A stretch of 64,000 bases of DNA, from the NCBI GenBank assembly GCA_963662285.2, contig CAXXMV010000002.1, positions 1,784,150 through 1,848,149 on the forward strand, read 5' to 3'. Within the stretch, counting starts at the first letter, position 1; every line of letters starts with the position of its first letter. The translations under genes were made by a program, and so were the position numbers. This DNA comes from a bacterium (GTDB taxonomy: Bacteria; Hinthialibacterota; Hinthialibacteria; Hinthialibacterales; Hinthialibacteraceae). Positions 30,397-39,336 of the stretch are shown here, piece by piece. Under the pieces are notes generated by a model. It saw only the letters and a list, made by a program, of their open reading frames with translations, did not search any database and was not told the origin of the DNA.

Positions 30397-30479
30397 TCCC
30401 ATCAGGTCCATGCCGCCACCCAAAATCCCTCTCTCAAGACTGGGAGAGGCCAGGTGATAGTTGGATAACCGCCACCCTA
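30397..30479 (+). repeat. ~83-bp imperfect direct repeat, right copy
   Basis: Matches 26098-26180. Confidence 0.85.
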
Positions 30480-30708
30480 ATTCACAGTATCATTTGATAT
30501 AACATCTATAACTTCAACCATTTGGCAGTGGTCTGATTAACGCTTCTGCATCTAAAATAAGACTTGCCACCCATGCGTAAGTGGGTTAGAGTAGTCAAAC
30601 AGAGGCAAATATCATGGAAACCTTCTGTGCATATTTTGGCAAACTTGAATATCTTGGTGAAAAATGCAATACTTTGTTGATTCAATATATAAAAGGAGAA
30701 GGTGTACA

Positions 30709-33552
30709 ATGATTGCTACAACTCCAGTTCGTTATTTGGCATCTATTCGGGCGTTACAGATCAGGATTCTATTCCTGGCGGGGTTCTTAATTTCACTCTC
30801 TGCTGTTACGGCTTCGGCCGGGGATGTGATGATCGACTTCAATTCCTTGGGGTCATACCTGGGTAAGAATACATTCAACTATCAGGGATTCCAATGGGTT
30901 AATTTCGCGAGCGGTCCCGGGTATTACGGGAATCCCGGACGGGACGTATATACTGGAAACACCTATCATGATTCCTATACGATTAGATGGCTCGGAAGCA
31001 ATAATTATTTTTTAAAGAGTATGCAAATATGTTGGTTCCTGCCGAATACGTCGCAACCAGTTGCCGTATTCACGGGATATCGCGACGGAGCGCAGGTATA
31101 CACAAAATCGGTTGCCCTAAGCGGTTATAGATCATTTAAGACGCTCAGTTTTAATTGGCTGGTTGACACAATAGTAATCACGGGCAACCGGGGCAACAAC
31201 TCCGGCGACATGAACGGCGTTGCGATTGATATCGATAATTTTTCCTATCGCGATCTAAGCGATAATAAGGCCCCGGTGATCAGCCAAGGCGATTCGACTA
31301 CAGTCGACATGTCTGAGGATGGATCCCCAACACTCTTCAGCCTTACACTGAACGCCGCAGATCCCGAAGGGGACGCGATCAACTGGAGTCTCGCTTCGCC
31401 CGCCGCCCATGGCGCAGCCGAAGTCAATGGCTCAGGCGCCAATATATCTGTCAAATACACGCCGAACGCCAACTACAACGGCGACGACAGTTTTCAAGTT
31501 CGCGCGGATGACGGCTTTGAAGCCTGGGACACGATTACCGTTCAGGTAAATATCGCTGCCGAGCAGGATGCGCCTGACGCTGTGGATGACCAGATTTCAA
31601 TCCCCGCAAACGCATCCGCAACGATTCCTGTGCTCGATAACGATTCCGATATCGATGGGGATACGCTTACGATTCAGACATTTACTCAGGGCGTATACGG
31701 ACGAGTTTCCATAGATGGGACAAATCTGATTTACACAGCTAATCCCTTTCACCGGGGAGCCGATGAATTCACCTATACAATACAGGATGGTAATGAAGGC
31801 GTCGACACGGCTACTGTGTTTGTGGATGTCACCGCGCCTGTTTTCAATATCATGGCGTCTCTGCCGAAAACCGGTATTGTGGAGAATTATGGCCGGGAAG
31901 TGAATAACGGAGTGCTGTTGGCCCTGGAAGACATCAACAATCAGGGCGCAATGCATTTGGATCTGCAAATTGAGGACAATGAAAGTTCCTTAACGAATGA
32001 GGAGGACTCGTTCAATGCGGCAACCGGCAACCAGGAAATACTGGCGGTTGTGGGAGGAGTTATTTCGGCTCATGCGCTTGAGATGGGCAAGATCGCCAGC
32101 AACATGGAATTGCCCCTCTTTTCGCCTACGGCGACTTCCCAGATCCTCAATTCCAGCCAATACAATCAATATGTGATCAAAATTTCGCCGCTGGATAATT
32201 ATCAAATCGAGGCGGTTCTATCTCAATTGGAAAGTTTGAACATACAGAAAATCGTCCTGCTCAACGAAGACTCCCCCTATGGAGAAGGATTCTATGATGG
32301 GCTTTCCGCCGCGGAGGAAACGATCCAAGTACTCGAGCATTATGCCTTTCCTTATGGTGAATTGGACTTGGAGACGGCGATTCCTATTATTCGGGATGCC
32401 AGCGTTGCGGGCGCCCAAATCGGCGTAATCGCCGCCTATGATCAGGATGCCAATCGCTTATTGAAACGGCTGTCCGAAATCCCGGAATTGATGAATTTCG
32501 GCTGGATTATGACCGATGGGGCGGCCATAGAAGCGACGCTCGAGGAGTTGCCGTTCGATAATGAACTCTATGTTCCCCGGTTATATGGCCTGACTCCCAG
32601 CATTGCGGATAATTTGGATAAATCGCAAGATTTCAAATCGAAATTCGTAGCTCAGTTTTCCGAAAAACCCGAATGGCTTTCGTATTATGGATACGATTCC
32701 CTGATGGCTTGCGCGGCCGCGCTGAATCGGGCGACGGAACAAACCCGGGCGGGTATTTGGGATGCCATCAGCAATCTACAATATGATGGAGCAACTGGAC
32801 AAAAATGGTTCGATGAGAAGGGATTGCTTCAAAGCGCCGTTTATGATGTTAAAAAAGTGATCAACGGCGAATTTGTAATTTTGAGCGAATTACGGGTAAA
32901 ACAGCCGGGCGTACAAAACTCTTCCGCCGGGAAGGTGCAAACCAGATCGATGGAGCCATTGAACGGTGAATCCGATCTCCTTTTCGAGGGATTCAGATAC
33001 ACGCTGCCGGGCGCCGATCAACATATCGGCCATATAGCGGGCGGCGCAGGGCCGGATGGCTCGTGGATCGCCCAGTCGCGGGATTATAACGAGGGCCAGG
33101 TTCTGATGGCGTTTTATGAAGACGCCGTGCGGGGACTGACAGACAATGGCGAGCCTTTCGGTTTTCAAGATGGGATTACTTATAATCTAGCCTTCGATAT
33201 GAACCGTACAACTGTGGTAAGACAAGTACCGTCGGGCGATTCCATTTTGGAGGTGAAAGTCACCTTGGTGTGCCGGTATCGTGATGGAAACGGTGTTCAG
33301 CGTTTCGCCAACAAAGACCTGGTTGAAAAGGCTGTAACCTTTGCAGAATGGCCGCAGGAAGGCCCGTTTCTGCTGGATATACCGGTTCCCTACAGTTCAG
33401 TGGCCCCCGTCGGCGCCGATTACGCCGCTGAGGATCAACTGTTGAATTGGGAAATCAGCCTATTAAATGCCGCACATCAGGCAATCACCCTGAAATCCGT
33501 ATCCATCATCCAGGGGGATACAACGGATATCAAAAATTACATGCTGTATTAA
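30709..33552 (+). CDS. Secreted modular protein: beta domain, two cadherin/Big_9-like Ig domains, type I (LivJ-like) periplasmic-binding domain, C-terminal domain and tag
   Basis: aaggag RBS; YTPNANYNGDDSF, APDAVDD, VLDNDSDIDGD; GVLLALEDIN, FSPTATS, YGEG, YGYDS, YDGATG; ends TDIKNYMLY. Confidence 0.8.
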   Translation: MIATTPVRYLASIRALQIRILFLAGFLISLSAVTASAGDVMIDFNSLGSYLGKNTFNYQGFQWVNFASGPGYYGNPGRDVYTGNTYHDSYTIRWLGSNNYFLKSMQICWFLPNTSQPVAVFTGYRDGAQVYTKSVALSGYRSFKTLSFNWLVDTIVITGNRGNNSGDMNGVAIDIDNFSYRDLSDNKAPVISQGDSTTVDMSEDGSPTLFSLTLNAADPEGDAINWSLASPAAHGAAEVNGSGANISVKYTPNANYNGDDSFQVRADDGFEAWDTITVQVNIAAEQDAPDAVDDQISIPANASATIPVLDNDSDIDGDTLTIQTFTQGVYGRVSIDGTNLIYTANPFHRGADEFTYTIQDGNEGVDTATVFVDVTAPVFNIMASLPKTGIVENYGREVNNGVLLALEDINNQGAMHLDLQIEDNESSLTNEEDSFNAATGNQEILAVVGGVISAHALEMGKIASNMELPLFSPTATSQILNSSQYNQYVIKISPLDNYQIEAVLSQLESLNIQKIVLLNEDSPYGEGFYDGLSAAEETIQVLEHYAFPYGELDLETAIPIIRDASVAGAQIGVIAAYDQDANRLLKRLSEIPELMNFGWIMTDGAAIEATLEELPFDNELYVPRLYGLTPSIADNLDKSQDFKSKFVAQFSEKPEWLSYYGYDSLMACAAALNRATEQTRAGIWDAISNLQYDGATGQKWFDEKGLLQSAVYDVKKVINGEFVILSELRVKQPGVQNSSAGKVQTRSMEPLNGESDLLFEGFRYTLPGADQHIGHIAGGAGPDGSWIAQSRDYNEGQVLMAFYEDAVRGLTDNGEPFGFQDGITYNLAFDMNRTTVVRQVPSGDSILEVKVTLVCRYRDGNGVQRFANKDLVEKAVTFAEWPQEGPFLLDIPVPYSSVAPVGADYAAEDQLLNWEISLLNAAHQAITLKSVSIIQGDTTDIKNYMLY

Positions 33553-33556
33553 AAAC

Positions 33557-33637
33557 CTGAAATAGTTCATCCTCCGCAAGATTTCGCTGCATGGGAACAA
33601 TTATGATTGCAAAACCGGGGGATGGTTTGAATAACGA
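33557..33637 (+). pseudogene. Diverged remnant of the 3' end of the 4Fe-4S gene (25010-25089)
   Basis: Translates IVHPPQDFAAWEQL*LQNRGMV* versus MVHPPEDFAAWERLRLQNRGLVS*. Confidence 0.85.
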
Positions 33638-33638
33638 A

Positions 33639-33672
33639 GTAAGATGGGACAAATCGAAAGATTTGTCCCATC
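33639..33672 (+). repeat. REP-like hairpin (GATGGGAC family), may act as terminator between convergent genes
   Basis: gtaa gatgggacaaatc gaaa gatttgtcccatc, perfect 13-bp stem. Confidence 0.75.
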
Positions 33673-33747
33673 GGCTATCTATTCGCCTATTCAATTATCA
33701 ATAATTACTTAGGTATCAGCCAAACAAAAAACTAAAACGTTTATCAA

Positions 33748-34077
33748 TTATTGTTCACAATCTTTTTTCAAATACAGTTTGTAATACCAAAAAGAAAAAA
33801 GTGTGAATAATACGAATGAAACATCTAATAAGGATATACCCTCAAATCGAAAAACACATAGGCACCAAATAAACAAAGCGTTATAAGCGCTCCAGACTAC
33901 AAGGGTATTATCATATTGCTTTAAAGTCATATATTTACGATTTTTCCATATATAAACCGCCATAAAGACTACATACGCAACATTCAATCCGATGTAAGCG
34001 GAATAGGCTGATTTGAAAATCAGCAAAAATAATCCCACAAAACAAATGATAACATTATTCCAATTTATCATATCCAT
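33748..34077 (-). CDS. Small hypothetical membrane protein (about 4 TM)
   Basis: aaagga RBS before MDMINWNN; hydrophobic segments; AT-rich. Confidence 0.55.
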   Translation of the reverse strand: MDMINWNNVIICFVGLFLLIFKSAYSAYIGLNVAYVVFMAVYIWKNRKYMTLKQYDNTLVVWSAYNALFIWCLCVFRFEGISLLDVSFVLFTLFSFWYYKLYLKKDCEQ

Positions 34078-34156
34078 TATTCCTTTTGAGTTATTCTTTA
34101 TGTTATGTATGTCCATGCGGGTAACTTGAGTTTTTTTTAAATACTTAGGTGATCGC

Positions 34157-34199
34157 ATCAAGGGTTGATCGCTTTGCGGTCTTGCCCTTGCCACCCGCC
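34157..34199 (-). repeat. 43-bp CAAGGG...CCCTTG hairpin repeat
   Basis: Reverse complement matches 4733-4775 at 37 of 43 positions. Confidence 0.8.
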
Positions 34200-34200
34200 C

Positions 34201-34570
34201 GCTTTTCGGGATATCAAGTCCTTTGTGGAAGTGGCGACGGTTTACGTCTGGACAGAGGCTCATGTCAAAGCGCACTACACCGTTTGTGTTCTATCTCATC
34301 TGATTAATCGTACACTCACTTTTGCGTCTTCACGACCATGAGGGGATAACGCGAGATGTGGTTTCTCATGAAAAACTTTTTGCTAAACTGGAAGATTGTA
34401 AAATCGATCGTATCGAAATTGTAAATGTGCAGCAGTCAACATTGAACAGAACGCTGCCAACAAGTGAACAAAAAGAGTTATTGAAAAGGATTTACTTAGA
34501 ACATCTGCTTTCCTGTGATATCATCCAACGGATTAAATCTGTTGTTTTACGTCTAATGAAATTTCTGTAA
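34201..34570 (+). mobile_element. IS1634-like (IS4 superfamily) transposase C-terminal remnant, frameshifted
   Basis: AFRDIKSFVEVATVYVWTEAHVKAHYTVCVLSHLINRTL, extra base near 34321, then LRLHD...TLPTSEQKELL. Confidence 0.75.
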
Positions 34571-34625
34571 CATCAATATTATCTATATGTTTACCTATTC
34601 AAGTAGTAATCTTGGGATTGAACTA

Positions 34626-37600
34626 TTAATGAATTGGCGTTGGCAGCGAATCGCGATCGAAAAAGATCATGGATTGATCGCAGGGTTTGTTCCATTCATC
34701 CAACGGATTGGTGAATTGGGCCCGGTCGAGAGCGCCGCGGTTCTGATATTCGGCGAAGACTTCATCAGTCAAGATATCTATGAATGAAACTTTCTTTACG
34801 CCGCGCGGAGTTGTGATGTATGTGTAGATATCGCAATGATACAAGAACGGGAGGTCGGCGGATGCGCCGATCAACGTTCCTTCCTTGATGGTATCGCCTT
34901 CTCGTATGCTTGGAACGACATCGATATGTTCAATGGCGACGATGACCGAAGGGACGTCCAAAGAACGTAAATACAGTCCACCGTTCTGATATCCGCTTTC
35001 CATCGCTGTCCGGTAATAGATCAATTCGCAATCGAAAGGCGCGTAGATTTCTGGTTTATGACTCAACGCGTCTTCAATTCGTGAAAAATAGTAATGTTTT
35101 TGCTTTCCTGCGTAATTGAAATCGTCAGGAACTGGCGGATGTCCGCAGATCGAAGCGATTTTGGATATCCCCTCTATACGATCCAAGTTGGCGATATTGT
35201 GGTTGGCGAAATGGGGAATCCCTTGATTGAAATAATCGAAGATATAATCACCTCCCCGGTCTTCGGCGAATTCATCGGGGAGATATGTAATACGTTTAAT
35301 ATACAGAGGAGACTGATTTTCTACGTGAATCAATTGAACGCCTTTGTCGCTTCTCATCCTCATCGTCTCAAGGAAGTTGGATGAGACGATAGGTTGAATT
35401 GAACCATCCGAACCGCAGAATCTACCTTCACCTTCTGCGCGATATTCGACATCAAAAACGTGACTGGGGCGTTGTTTGTATGCGATAGTGACGGCGGGGC
35501 CATATAGGATAAAATTATCCACTTGCCTTGATTGCGACCAAGGTATTTTCACTTCCATTTCGCCATCGCCATCAAGATCGACGATATCCAGCAAGACTTT
35601 TTCATCTTGGTCGTTCAGGCCACAACTGATCGTAAACGGCCCGCATTCAATCCGTTCCAAGCCGGTTTGTGGTTCGGTGAAATAATCGGAGAAGGAAATG
35701 GTGACAAGATCACTGGGTGAATATTGATATTCCTGATTTGGAGGAAAATCGGCTTCAGTCACCCAGTCACCGATGGTATCCAATTGCGAATACCAGCCGC
35801 CATTGCAGGTCAATGGATTTTGATCTCTCTCTTCTTTCGAAATTACGAACCGATCCTTATGAACGTTTCCGAATTGACGAAAATACCCATAATCGTCTTT
35901 TATTCTTGGATCGCACTTAAGGAGAGAGACGTATCTTACACCCGTCAGTGTATTAACATGTACGGCGATGTCCATGTCTTTGGGGATGATTCCTGGTTCG
36001 GTATCAGAAATATGAATGTAACCGAGAGGATCTCCGGCTTCAAAATAATCGCCGACTTTAATACCGGCATCCAAATCGATATGAGAGATGATTACTCGAT
36101 AGCCTTGATTGTATACCGAAGAGAAGGATATCTGTACATCCTCCAAAGCGTTGGGATTAGCCGGGTCGAATGGAGTGATATCCGTGACGATGCCTCCGCC
36201 GAAAAGAGGCGATAAGACTCTCACTTCGCCGGGAGAGCGATATTCCGGCTTGACGGAGAAATAATGTTTCATGGTCCGGCAGGATTCGAAATCGTCGGAG
36301 TAGTCGTTGACGACTCCGGCGCGGAACTTGGAAATTCCCCAGATTTTGTCGTATTCAACCAACCAACGGGCCTCGATAAATGGAAACTCGCCAATTTCAT
36401 CATAGGGATCCGTTTCGTAGTCTTGGGGATATTGCATAACGTATTCCTGATTGCTCCAGGCGATTTTTTTAACCAATAAATCTTTGCAATAGAATCGTAT
36501 GGTAGAAATGCCGTATTGATTCGATAGTGTGATGATTTGATAATCCACGGAGCCTCGTTTCGTCGATAACGACGTGAATATGTCCCCCGTAGGCAAGTTC
36601 GGGAAATCTAATCCATTGGTCCAGGTTTCAATCCGTATGTCGTAAGATGATTGAACTAAAAATTGCGCAACAGTCGGCGCTTCATTAGTGAAACGCCATT
36701 CCACGAGATGATTCAGACCGTCCGACACTCGAAATGAAAATGGAATTGACAGTTCTTTTTTCCCATCATTATCGCCGTCGACGATCGACAGAGGAACATC
36801 CCTGCGTTGTGACGAGATGTAAAAATGGTTGCATTCAAACTGGGTATAGGAGTCCATTGGTCCGGCAACATCCTCGTCAAAGTCAAATACAGTAAAATTG
36901 GGATTGTCGAATCGGGGATAGTCGGGTAAATCTTGCGCTGTTACCTCACGTTTAGGTGTCAATGTGGGCTGAATCGGAGTTGGTTGCACAGTTGGAGTAG
37001 ATGTCGGTGTGAGTGTATTTTGAGAAACGGGAGTATGACCTTGATTTGGAGTATTCCCTGGTACCGGTGTGACTTCATGAATGTCATTCATATAAAAGCC
37101 GATTTGTTTAATGTAAAAATCCTCACCGAAGATATGTATCCAGCGTACGCCGAATTCTGGTTCGAAGACAATCCATTCTTCAATAAAGTCCGATGAACTC
37201 TGTGTGGTATAATCAGATTTGGAGATGTTTCCGAGCGGCGAGTATAAATTAAACTGAATGGAATCGCGGTGTGCGACCAGAAAGCGCAATTTGTTGAACG
37301 TCATATTCAGTTCGAGACCCTGATAGCCGTTGAGATTAGGAGCCGCTTTTTTGACATGGATTTCCACCTCGCCATCCTGATCGAAATCGACGATATCCAT
37401 ATCCGCACCGGACGCGTCGGAGGAGGTGTACCAAAACGAACCGTCTTTAATGTTGGAAAGTCTAAAATCAAACCGGGTGCGTCCTTGAGCCGATGTGTCG
37501 TAGAAATCACCGGGTTTGATGTAGATAACGTCATTTAACCATACTGGTGGTTGGGTGGGTGAGGGTAATGGAGTGTGAGTCGGGGGCGGTGGCGAAGGTT

Positions 37601-38774
37601 GCGCCGTCCTGGTTGGAGTTAAGGTTGGTGTATGTGTCGGTGTCGACGCCGGTCGTGGCGTATTGGTTGTCGTCGGCATGATAGTCGATGTAGGCGTTGG
37701 TGTTGGTTTACCTTTCCATTCCAATATATTCGTTGACTGAAAGGTTCCGATCATCGTTTCGGTATCCTCATTGACTGGAGCCAGATAAACTTGGTACGCC
37801 CCTGCGTCATATAAATCATCGAATATATAGAAACGCGTATTGCCTTCTGTATCAATGTTTTCCTCATTGATTGCAAATCTTTTTAAAAAAGTTTTGTCTA
37901 AATAAATATGCAATTCCCACCGGTCTGGCGTATCATAATTCCAATACCATTGAAGTTGTAGATCATCGTTGGTATTGGGTTCCAGTTTGAGCCATTCCGG
38001 TTTCCGTTCCTTATATGGAACCGGTGTTTTCGTATTGGTCGGTGTTGCGTTAGGATCAGTCATCGTGGGTGTCGGTGTTTTTGTAGATAAAGGCGTCGAC
38101 GTTGGCCGAATTGTTGATGTAGGTTGCGGTGTGTTGGTCGCGATAGGTTGTGGTGAAACATGCATTTCGATCTGGTCCGGATCGGTTTTGGCGCCACTTA
38201 AAAACATCCCGCTATAATACTGGTTTGGATCAAACGGCATGATTTGCAGATTGTCGATATAAACCGTTAGTGGTTCAGATGCGCTCGTATTGATAACCTG
38301 AATGATTGCTTTAAATTGGATGGAAGACGGGACGCAGAAGGTCATAAGTCTCTTAAATTGCCGATCGAAATATCCACCGTTGTTTGGCGCGTTGGTGGAA
38401 ACAAAAATGTTGGGGCCGTTATCGAGTGTGGCCAGAGTGATCGCCGCATTGGGACCGGACGACCGGATCGAACAACGGACAAGCGCGGCTTGTTGTTTTT
38501 CGACAACCGGGCTTAGGATCATTGAGCCTTCGCCCGGTTGCGCGTTTATCACGATTCCCCAGCCATCCGTCGCTTCGGGAAAAGCGTCGTCGGTTGGAAT
38601 GTTACCTAACGATACAGACGCAGACGGGAACGTTCCAAAACCCGCTCCCAACACGGTAAATCCCTGCTCGGTCAACGATGAACCTGTAAAGTCAAATGGA
38701 ATAAGATCGCTCGTAGCAATAATCGGATGTATCAATAAAACAATGGATACGATCGAAGAGAAGGGAATTTTCAC
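34626..38774 (-). CDS. 1382-aa secreted modular protein: shared N-terminal domain, Pro/Thr linkers, beta domains, two M23-like hybrid-motif domains
   Basis: Signal peptide; PT-rich linkers; repeated DxDxDGxxE loops; KHYF...HIDLDAGIKVGD and KHYYF...HIDVVPSIREGD. Confidence 0.8.
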   Translation of the reverse strand: MKIPFSSIVSIVLLIHPIIATSDLIPFDFTGSSLTEQGFTVLGAGFGTFPSASVSLGNIPTDDAFPEATDGWGIVINAQPGEGSMILSPVVEKQQAALVRCSIRSSGPNAAITLATLDNGPNIFVSTNAPNNGGYFDRQFKRLMTFCVPSSIQFKAIIQVINTSASEPLTVYIDNLQIMPFDPNQYYSGMFLSGAKTDPDQIEMHVSPQPIATNTPQPTSTIRPTSTPLSTKTPTPTMTDPNATPTNTKTPVPYKERKPEWLKLEPNTNDDLQLQWYWNYDTPDRWELHIYLDKTFLKRFAINEENIDTEGNTRFYIFDDLYDAGAYQVYLAPVNEDTETMIGTFQSTNILEWKGKPTPTPTSTIMPTTTNTPRPASTPTHTPTLTPTRTAQPSPPPPTHTPLPSPTQPPVWLNDVIYIKPGDFYDTSAQGRTRFDFRLSNIKDGSFWYTSSDASGADMDIVDFDQDGEVEIHVKKAAPNLNGYQGLELNMTFNKLRFLVAHRDSIQFNLYSPLGNISKSDYTTQSSSDFIEEWIVFEPEFGVRWIHIFGEDFYIKQIGFYMNDIHEVTPVPGNTPNQGHTPVSQNTLTPTSTPTVQPTPIQPTLTPKREVTAQDLPDYPRFDNPNFTVFDFDEDVAGPMDSYTQFECNHFYISSQRRDVPLSIVDGDNDGKKELSIPFSFRVSDGLNHLVEWRFTNEAPTVAQFLVQSSYDIRIETWTNGLDFPNLPTGDIFTSLSTKRGSVDYQIITLSNQYGISTIRFYCKDLLVKKIAWSNQEYVMQYPQDYETDPYDEIGEFPFIEARWLVEYDKIWGISKFRAGVVNDYSDDFESCRTMKHYFSVKPEYRSPGEVRVLSPLFGGGIVTDITPFDPANPNALEDVQISFSSVYNQGYRVIISHIDLDAGIKVGDYFEAGDPLGYIHISDTEPGIIPKDMDIAVHVNTLTGVRYVSLLKCDPRIKDDYGYFRQFGNVHKDRFVISKEERDQNPLTCNGGWYSQLDTIGDWVTEADFPPNQEYQYSPSDLVTISFSDYFTEPQTGLERIECGPFTISCGLNDQDEKVLLDIVDLDGDGEMEVKIPWSQSRQVDNFILYGPAVTIAYKQRPSHVFDVEYRAEGEGRFCGSDGSIQPIVSSNFLETMRMRSDKGVQLIHVENQSPLYIKRITYLPDEFAEDRGGDYIFDYFNQGIPHFANHNIANLDRIEGISKIASICGHPPVPDDFNYAGKQKHYYFSRIEDALSHKPEIYAPFDCELIYYRTAMESGYQNGGLYLRSLDVPSVIVAIEHIDVVPSIREGDTIKEGTLIGASADLPFLYHCDIYTYITTPRGVKKVSFIDILTDEVFAEYQNRGALDRAQFTNPLDEWNKPCDQSMIFFDRDSLPTPIH

Positions 38775-38944
38775 GTAGAGTTCTCCCGAATAAAAAATTT
38801 GGAAATTTTATCAAATGAGCCTTTTGTAAAATAGAGAGAATCAAAAGATTTACAAGAAAGTAAATCCGTTTAAATATAAGAAAAGCCAATTCTGATCTAA
38901 ACAAAGTTTGCGAAAAAAAACTAGAAAAGAAGGAACTTTTCATT

Positions 38945-39296
38945 AAAGTAGTATCGCAGATTTGGGGAACAATTCAAGTGTATCTGTTTCCATTTTTGGA
39001 ATGGATATCTAGGGTCTTTAACAGACAAAGTCAAGCAGGTCGTGCGAATTTTAGAATTAGTGCTGATAGAGGAGTCCATCGGTGAAAGCCACAATCTACG
39101 AGGTAGAAAACGGAAGAATCGCAAAGCCTTAGCGAGAGCCTTTGTGACGAAAGCGGTTTACAATTTGAATTCAACTTGTTTGTTAATCGATCAATTGAAG
39201 AATGCGCCGAGTTTGCGTCGGATTTGCGGTTTTGAAACGATACGCGAAATTCCAAATGAATCGACGTTTTCACGGGCCTTTGACGAATTCAGCGAA
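38945..39296 (+). mobile_element. IS5/IS1182-like transposase N-terminal remnant, frameshifted and truncated
   Basis: QIWGTIQVYLFPFLE, then GRKRKNRKALARAF...LRRICGF...PNESTFSRAF; ends at a REP. Confidence 0.75.
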
Positions 39297-39336
39297 GTAG
39301 GATGGGACGCGCTTTCGCTTTGTCCCATTCTACTTC
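39294..39336. repeat. GTAG-type REP hairpin (GATGGGAC family)
   Basis: gaagtaggatgggacgcgctttcgctttgtcccattctacttc. Confidence 0.8.

Noticed and set aside
30560-30660. c-di-GMP-I riboswitch-like GGCAAA...GAAA upstream of the 962-aa gene
   Set aside because: Lacks the GACGCAAAGC segment and the expected pairing
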